Positions 57,378 through 64,000 of a stretch of 64,000 nt of DNA are shown in pieces. The translations under genes were made by a program, and so were the position numbers. Each line of letters starts with the position of its first letter. The stretch's first letter is position 1. Source of the stretch: Zygnema circumcarinatum SAG 698-1b (Eukaryota > Plantae > Zygnematophyceae); NCBI GenBank assembly GCA_037447605.1, contig CM074804.1:7107909-7171908 (forward strand). Reading direction: 5' to 3'. Under the pieces are notes generated by a model that was not told where the DNA came from, made no database searches, and worked only from the letters and a program-made list of their open reading frames with translations.

Positions 57378-60300
57378 ATGGCCTCTCCTTACGCGGAGCT
57401 GGCAGGCATTCGAGAGGCGCTGCAGAACCTGATGGCCAAAATGCTGGCGATGAAGCAGGCGGGGCAGGGTGGCCCCGAGCGGCGCAAGCTGCTGACAGAG
57501 GCGGCGGTGCTGCTGATCGAATTGCGGCAGCTGAACCGCGTGATTCTGAGAAATGAGGAGGAGGTGAAGCTGCAGACGGAAGCTGCGAAGGAGCCGGTGG
57601 ACAGCACCACCTTGAAACTGCATAATCTGCTTTATGAGAAGAACCACTACATGAAGGCAATCAAGGCTTGTAATGACTTCAAGTCAAAGTATCCTGACAT
57701 TGATCTTGTGCCGGAAGAAGAATTTTTCGCACGTGCTCCACTGGAGTTTAGAGGGGATCCGGAGCTAAGGAAGGACCCTCACAAGCTCATGTTGCAACGT
57801 CTGAATTATGAACTCTATCAGGTAAACAACTTATTTTCTCCGAACTGCATCGTGTATTCAAGAGAGCTTGATGTGCGCGGACAGAAAATTATGTTTATGG
57901 GTTGACTGCCCCGTTTCTTCAGGAAACTCTTCGGACCGGAAATGAGCTTTTGTTTCACTTGTTGATCTGCAAAGTCTAGGTTTGTGTAGCAAGTGATCAC
58001 TGGCAGACAATGCCTCTTTTGGACATTTTTGAGTGAAAAGCTTCTGAATGGTCAGCTTGTGGAACCACGGATTTTCTTGCCTTGCATATGTTCGTCAACA
58101 ATGGGTGTCAGGGATCGAATTTTCTGCGAGGCTCGTACTGTGAGTTCTGTGCAGTACCGAGAAGTTTCCGTCTTCCAGTCTCGGGCTATTCGAGATGCTA
58201 TTTGAACTACTTACATTTTGTGCTGGAAAATTAATTCTAGATTTAGTTGGTGATGCTATCTGGCTGCATTGTTGCATGTTCTACGGTCTAACAGCTTGCT
58301 CCACATGTTTACCTGGCAGCGCAAGGAGCTTGCGAAGCATAAAGAAGTGCTTGAAACTCGAAAGCGTACACTTCAGGATAGCATTAACGGCCGGAAAAAG
58401 TTCATGGGAACTCTTCCTGATCAGCTCAAGGCGTTAAAGGCTGCAACTCTGCCAGTGCAGCAGCAGCTTGGACTTCTTCACAGCAAAAAGCTTCACCAGC
58501 ACAAGCGGGCAGAGCTCCTTCCGGCACCCATGTTTATTCTTTACTCCCAACTCATGTCGTACAGAGATGTTTTTGGAGAGAACATCTCAGTAGAGGTAAT
58601 GGGTAGCGCCAAAGAAGCAAGTGCCTTTTTGCGGGCGCAGGCACTAAGAGATGCAGGTACGCAGATTTCCAGTGTACTTATTAAGGCTTACCTGCTTGTT
58701 GCAGCACCAACGTTAAGTAATCTTGACTTTTTTTCGTGTAGCATGTGTAACGGGGTGTCTCAATGTATGCAGGGATTGGAATTGCAGCAGATGAAGTCAA
58801 GGAAGAGGAAGCGGGGGAGGATGAGGAGGATGGCAAACGACGGCGCAAGCGTCGAAAACAAGCAGACGAGGTGCCCGTGCACACAGAGTCTGAGAAGAAT
58901 GCCGTTCATCCTCTTATAGTTATTCTGAAGGTGTATGATGACGACCAATCAGTGACAGGGTCTAGCAGCCAAGCAGGAGGGGAACACAGAGCTCCCTTAG
59001 CGGTTGTCCATTTTGAATACCTTTGCGTATTGCATCTTATCTGTGCTTTCGCCGACGGAGACGATGGCAGCCTTTTAACAAACTTGTTTCCCGGTGACAC
59101 CGGCTTGGAGCTACCTAATCCGGTGAGTTTTGACCTGCTGACTGTTGCAGGAAGCTTCAAGCCCATGAAAGATGTACTTGATCATGTATTTGACTATTTT
59201 TACCTTTCTCTTTTTTGTGTCTTCAAGCTACGAGAGAAGTGGTGCACGGGATTCAATGGTCCATTCTGACGTTGAGGGTTTTGGCACTCTGCAGGCTTTA
59301 AAGTTACGCGCTGACCTTGCTTCGGCGAGTTTGGCCTATCAGAGGGGGCGGCCTTACAAATGGGCTCAGTACCTTTCAGGCTTGGATTTTCTGCCGGAGC
59401 TTCCACCTTCCCTTCTGCCACAAACAAGTCCCCATACAGTTGATGGGATAGTTGGAGGCTTAGCTGAGTATCGACGGCAGCACCGAATACAGAATGTACT
59501 GCAGCAGCTTCGGCTGCGATGCAAAGCGCTAAAGGCTCTGAAGTGAGTCAGCAGCCAAGAGCCCTGCATTATCATGGCCAGTAGAGAAGGGGCAGGCTTG
59601 ATATGTTGGGAGGCAGATTCGTTATGTTGTTTGGATTATGTTGTTATGTTATTTGAGCTGATTATGTTTTGCTTGAAGTTACAAGACAATACCAGCGAGT
59701 CAAAGGGCCTCTCTGCAAGGACGTTTTTTGGCATTTGCACGATCATTCTTGTATTCACAGATTCAGAGTCACAGTTGCAGCCAATTTCACTTCATGTCCT
59801 TGTGTAACGAATAGTAGATTGTGTGGGTGAACAGCAGCAACTGAGCAGCATCCGGGCTGCTTGAACAGGGAGCAATTGGAGTCCCTCCGCAAGCTGAAGC
59901 GCCCTTCACTTCCTCGAAGCCTTGATCGCATGGGGGGAAGGGAGTACACTCCAAAGTGCACACTTCGCAGTTGGGCAGCGGTGGCAGCCCACCCACAGCA
60001 ACCACCGCTGAGTGAAACCCTATCCATTGCAGATGGAAATAACTCCCTCTCATCCAAATGTTTATCCCCTACACCAAAGTCCGGGAAGTCTCCTGTGGTT
60101 GTTGATGAAAGTGGGCAAGAAGATGGCGAGTTGCCAGGTCCATCTGCCCTTCCGAGTGCTTCAGCCTCTCACCCTCTCCTTGCAATCTCGGAGGCAGCGC
60201 GACTTCGCACCGCTGTTGCAGCGAGTGCTCAAAAGACCCTTGTTGTTGCCTCTACTAGTAGGTTGGCATTGCTACCTGCTGGTTTGGGGGAGGTGACAAC

Positions 60301-61452
60301 GGTTACTGGGCAAGCAGGAGAGGCAGCCTCACCAGCTGCAGCTAGGGATGGTGGTAATGGTGGCGAGGGTTCTAGTAATACTCAGAGTTTGGATGGAGGA
60401 CAGTTGAAGATTAGGTGGCAGGAGTTTGGATTGCAGCGTTTCAAGGCACTCTTCCGAAGTGATTATCCTTCCGCATCTTCTCAACACCGGACTTCAACTC
60501 GCATGGAGTTGGAAGCTACGGTTGGTGGACTTTGCTCATTTGCTGATAACTTGCCAGTCTAGGGTAGATGAACTCTGCTATTTCAGTGCCTCCCTTTTCG
60601 AAGCTGTTCCTCTTTTGTCGAATGGCCTTTGGCTGCATGTTTTCTATGCGTTCTAGAAGTTGTTTGGCAGTCGTCGACATTCTCGCATCCGATGTGCCTT
60701 CTGTGTACCGTCTGACGGTTATCTGGAGATGTACAGGTGGAGATCTATGGTGAATATCCGGTTCGCCCTCCCTTGTTCCGACTCCGATGGCTGAACCCAC
60801 CCGCTGTTCCCAAAGCTCCCCCTCCGCCTGATGGAGTGTTGGAGGTTGAGGACCACACTTCACGTGCAGCGGGCGCTGCTCCAAACCCTAGTGCCATTCG
60901 CGCCATGGAGGCCGAGGTGTGAACCACTCTGATTTTGTGTGCTCAAAGAGTTTGGTCTTGCTTCATCTTGATGTATTTGTCAGTCTGAGAAGTCGGTTGT
61001 GCAGCTTTAGAGCCTTAAAAAAAAAAAAACCAGAAAAAGCTAAGCTTAAGCTAAGTTAGTTAAGTAATTAACTAGTTAGTTAGTTAGATAGTTAGTTAAG
61101 TTAGTTTAAGCTTTTTAGCTTTTTTTTGCTTAATTTTGCATGCGATCCTGGCATGCACTGTGTCCATTCGCTTTCTGCAAAGCTGAGTTCATTCTTCCCA
61201 TTCGATGCTGTGCAGGTTAATCTGTGCGGAGAGGAACTGGATTCCAAACACGAGGTCTACATGTTAGCTTTTCAGATCCACCACCTCATGCGGCTCCTCG
61301 ATGCTTTTGTGGATCAGGACGTGGTCCACAGACAGTCTGCACAGACTGCTTTCAGTAATGCTGTGTCCGTTGAGGCAGCTGGAGGAGACATTGTGGTCGA
61401 CCCCCGAGCCTTTAGAGGGAGGCACAGGGCAGCCATGCCGCCTTCAAAGTAG
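57378..61452 (+). CDS. THOC5: THO complex subunit 5 (FMIP/Fms-interacting family), about 7 exons
   Basis: LIELRQLNR, TTLKLHNLLYEKNHYMKAIKACNDFKSKYPDIDLVPEEEFF, HKLMLQRLNYEL, QPVQQQLG-type segment, LLPAPMFILYSQL, HPLIVIL, NLFPGDTGLELPN, RPYKWAQYLSGLDFLP, EYPVRPPLFRL and FRGRHR. Confidence 0.93.
61032..61127. repeat. AT-rich fold-back element with (GTTA)n core in the last THOC5 intron
   Basis: The left arm AGAAAAAGCTAAGCTTAAGCTAA (61032-61054) matches the reverse complement of the right arm (61101-61127) with a 3-nt gap and 2 mismatches. A poly-A run precedes it. Confidence 0.7.
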
Positions 61453-62355
61453 GGGCTGGGCCTTGGCACGGAAGCCCGTCAGGGCACATTTCAAGGTTAG
61501 GGTTTGTTGTGGGCAGAAATCTTATCTTTTCTTCCTTCGTGTCTTGCTCAGATCTGCTTTAGGACATAGCGAGAGATAAGCCTTTATGCTCCTTTTTTAG
61601 TTCTTCCGTGTTTGTAAGCATTTGATGTTGGAAGTACTTTCCTGCGTATTCGGAATCATTTCTTTGTGTGGTAAAATGTTCGATGTTTGCTTATTCTTCT
61701 TACATTTGGGAAAATTCAAAATGGTGCTTTCAAAAATGTATAGCGTATCCTGGTTTATTCTGATCGACAGGTTATGTCCTCATACTCCTTTCGTTCGTTT
61801 TGCACATCCAGACATGGATTGTGGTTTGAGAACTCCTGGGCATCAGCAAAGCTTCAAATGTGGCAGGCATTCTTATTAGGGTCAGTAGGGCCGTAATTCG
61901 TTAATCTAGTCTCGCAAACTATTACTTCTTTTTGAAGTCCTAAAACCTAATCATAGGGTGTGGCCGCAACTCTGAACGCACTCTGCCCCATAATGTCGAG
62001 AGCGACGCCATCGCCACAATGGCGCTTAAGGAGGGCCTTCTCGTGCAGCGGCAGGAGGTGAACCTCTCTCACTGCGCCCCTCCGTGTCCCCTCCGTCAAT
62101 GGATGGCATGGGATGGAAGCACATTCCCTTCGCCTCATAGCGTGGCCTCCCTCCACGCCCTTGCCGCGTCTAATAGTCTCTCCTCTCGCCTCTCTCTTCC
62201 GCCTCTCCCTGACGTGCCCCACATCAATCAACGTCTTTCGCAGCTGCTTTTCGAGCCGTGCTGTCAAAAAGCTAGAAGCAGAGTTTCACTCAATAGCTTT
62301 TCAAACGTTTTTGAGACACGTTCCCTTGGTTTTTAACACGGTTGCTTTTGTCTAT

Positions 62356-62390
62356 GTACATGTGATGGCATCGCCATCGTGACATCAATG
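62356..62390. repeat. Dispersed palindromic motif, copy 2
   Basis: GTACATGTGATGGCATCGCCATCGTGACATCAATG; see the copy at 22598. Confidence 0.75.
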
Positions 62391-62715
62391 TCAAATCCTT
62401 CACTTCAATTTTAGCTGCTAAGGATATGGGTTTTGACATGGTGTGTCTTATAAGACGCCTCTACTTGCTCCCATCCCCACCAGACCAGTTACTAGTAGGA
62501 ACCGCACATGCGGAGGGCTCCCGGCTTATGTTTAAGAAAGGCTGGGGTTCCAACTCCCGAAAAAAACTGGCAAACAAATTATGACATGAACATGTGCCCT
62601 TAGTCCCACGCCATACCCGGCTTCAAACCGACAGATAACAAGGCGCCAAGGTCAAAGTGAGGGGAACTTGCTCCACAATTACAATCAAAAAATTTGGACC
62701 AAAACTGTAGGTTGC

Positions 62716-62957
62716 ACACGGCATAAGAATCCTAACTTCGGGTCTGCAGGAGCTGTACATAGCAAGCAGCCTATGGGGGATGGTGGAATTACGGAAAACG
62801 TTGAACTAGACTAAAAACTGAAGGCTAGATCCGCTTACACGTCATGAGAAGCCTAAGTTCAGTTCTGCAGCAGCTGTACATGGTACGCAGCTTATGGGAA
62901 AATGGTTGAACTACGAAAAACGTTGAACTAGACTAAAGGCTAAAGGCTCAGCTTCGC
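62716..62957. repeat. Diverged tandem duplication of a 121-bp unit
   Basis: Units at 62716-62836 and 62837-62957 share ACACG.CAT.AGAA.CCTAA.TTC..CTGCAG.AGCTGTACAT..GCAGC.TATGGG..AAAACGTTGAACTAGACTAAA..AAGGCT. Confidence 0.85.
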
Positions 62958-63330
62958 TCGTCTGGTCTTTGACGTTATGCGACTTTGATACCAACTACAA
63001 AATTTGGAGTCTCTACCTGCAACAGTCGTTGTGATTAAGAAAAGGGAGATGAGACTAGGAGGGATACGAACGGGAAAGAGGGAGAGGGGAAGGAAGTCAA
63101 AAGAGAGAGGAAAAGTGAAAGGAGAGGACGGGACAAGAGAGAGCAAGAAACGGGGAGAGGGGAGAGAGGACAGTGACTGGGAGAGGGGAGTGGGAAAAGG
63201 AAAAAGGAAACTGGAAGCAAGCTTGGAATCCATGATGCCTACTTTCACTCACCATTTCCCTTTCACTTGGGTTAGTTAGCCCGCTATATTGCTCCTAAGC
63301 TTAACGACGCATGGCTCCATCTGCTAGGTC

Positions 63331-64000
63331 TCACATCATGGGACAGCCCTTCTTATCCTCCACATCCTGAGTATTGCTTCGATCCTCCGGCTCTTCATAG
63401 CCCTCCCTTGCATCAGAATCCGTTTCAGGACCTCTGATTGAAACCATATCCAACATTGAATCACCATTTGAAGGAGCGACTGTCACTAGGGAATGCGACT
63501 CCTCATCTGCCCTGTTGCCGAAAAGCTTGCCAACGAGAATATCAAGTACAGACAACTGTCCTTTTGATGGAGACGCTATCTCTCCCGGGGAAGTAGGATC
63601 ACTTTGAGCAGGAGAGATGGACCCAAATGAAGATGAAGTCGGCAACTCAGATTCAAGAGGAGTTGCCTCTTCTCGAGCCTGCCTGCTTGAAACACTCACG
63701 TGAACCCTTTCAACAATGTTGCAGGGCAGATCCGCATTGCTAACGTCCTCGGAGGGAGTGGGATTAGGACTAAGAGTGCGCTCAGAATCAAGATGAGGCA
63801 TTCCTAGAGTGGCCACAGAAGGGGACGCTTCCTCATTCTGCCTTAGAACTCGACTTCCTAACGATGCTTCCAAGGACTTATGATGGGTAAAACACTCCTC
63901 CTGCTTCACATATTCGGCAGCACATTGCTGTTCAGCGACAGTAACTACCTTCTCCTCTAAAGTCTCTGAGTGCCCATGAACCACCCCCCCATTGGAGCTC
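63331..64000 (-). CDS. Terminal exon of a gene entering from beyond the window; S/E/P-rich, no recognisable domain
   Basis: The 217-aa frame stays open to the window edge (SSNGG upstream of the listed GTG). Composition resembles the other low-complexity proteins here. Confidence 0.65.
   Translation of the reverse strand, partial: SSNGGVVHGHSETLEEKVVTVAEQQCAAEYVKQEECFTHHKSLEASLGSRVLRQNEEASPSVATLGMPHLDSERTLSPNPTPSEDVSNADLPCNIVERVHVSVSSRQAREEATPLESELPTSSSFGSISPAQSDPTSPGEIASPSKGQLSVLDILVGKLFGNRADEESHSLVTVAPSNGDSMLDMVSIRGPETDSDAREGYEEPEDRSNTQDVEDKKGCPMM

Noticed and set aside
61497-61505. Telo-box TTAGGGTTT after the THOC5 stop
   Set aside because: A single 9-mer in a 3' region, with no telomeric array.
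61947-62336. ORFs of about 105 aa on both strands downstream of THOC5 as transposon relics
   Set aside because: No transposase, RT or integrase motifs were recognisable.

Overview
Eukaryotic nuclear DNA, intron-rich and gene-dense, with GT-AG introns of about 0.1-1.4 kb. The plant-type orthologues suggest a streptophyte, plausibly a charophyte alga (inference). Exon chains were traced by hand. Six genes are clearly recognisable: SUV3 mitochondrial RNA helicase (-), ENT1-type nucleoside transporter (+), organellar MnmE/TrmE GTPase (-), SRP68 (+), tubulin-folding cofactor D (+) and THOC5 (+). There is also a nuclear Ycf23/DUF561 gene (-), a short and very divergent CAP-D2/Cnd1-like HEAT protein (+), two large disordered orphan proteins arranged head-to-head, and two partial genes at the window edges. 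I saw no rRNA, tRNA, CRISPR array or intact transposon ORF. The most unusual feature is the divergent locus at 5-13.7 kb. Its promoter is packed with CCGTAC/GTAC motifs and three G-boxes, and is followed by 37 perfect (ATGCCC) units. These place 37 weak-context ATGs in frame upstream of an orphan protein ending in an EJC-binding-like motif. Whether this is a functional system or an expanded microsatellite cannot be decided from sequence alone.
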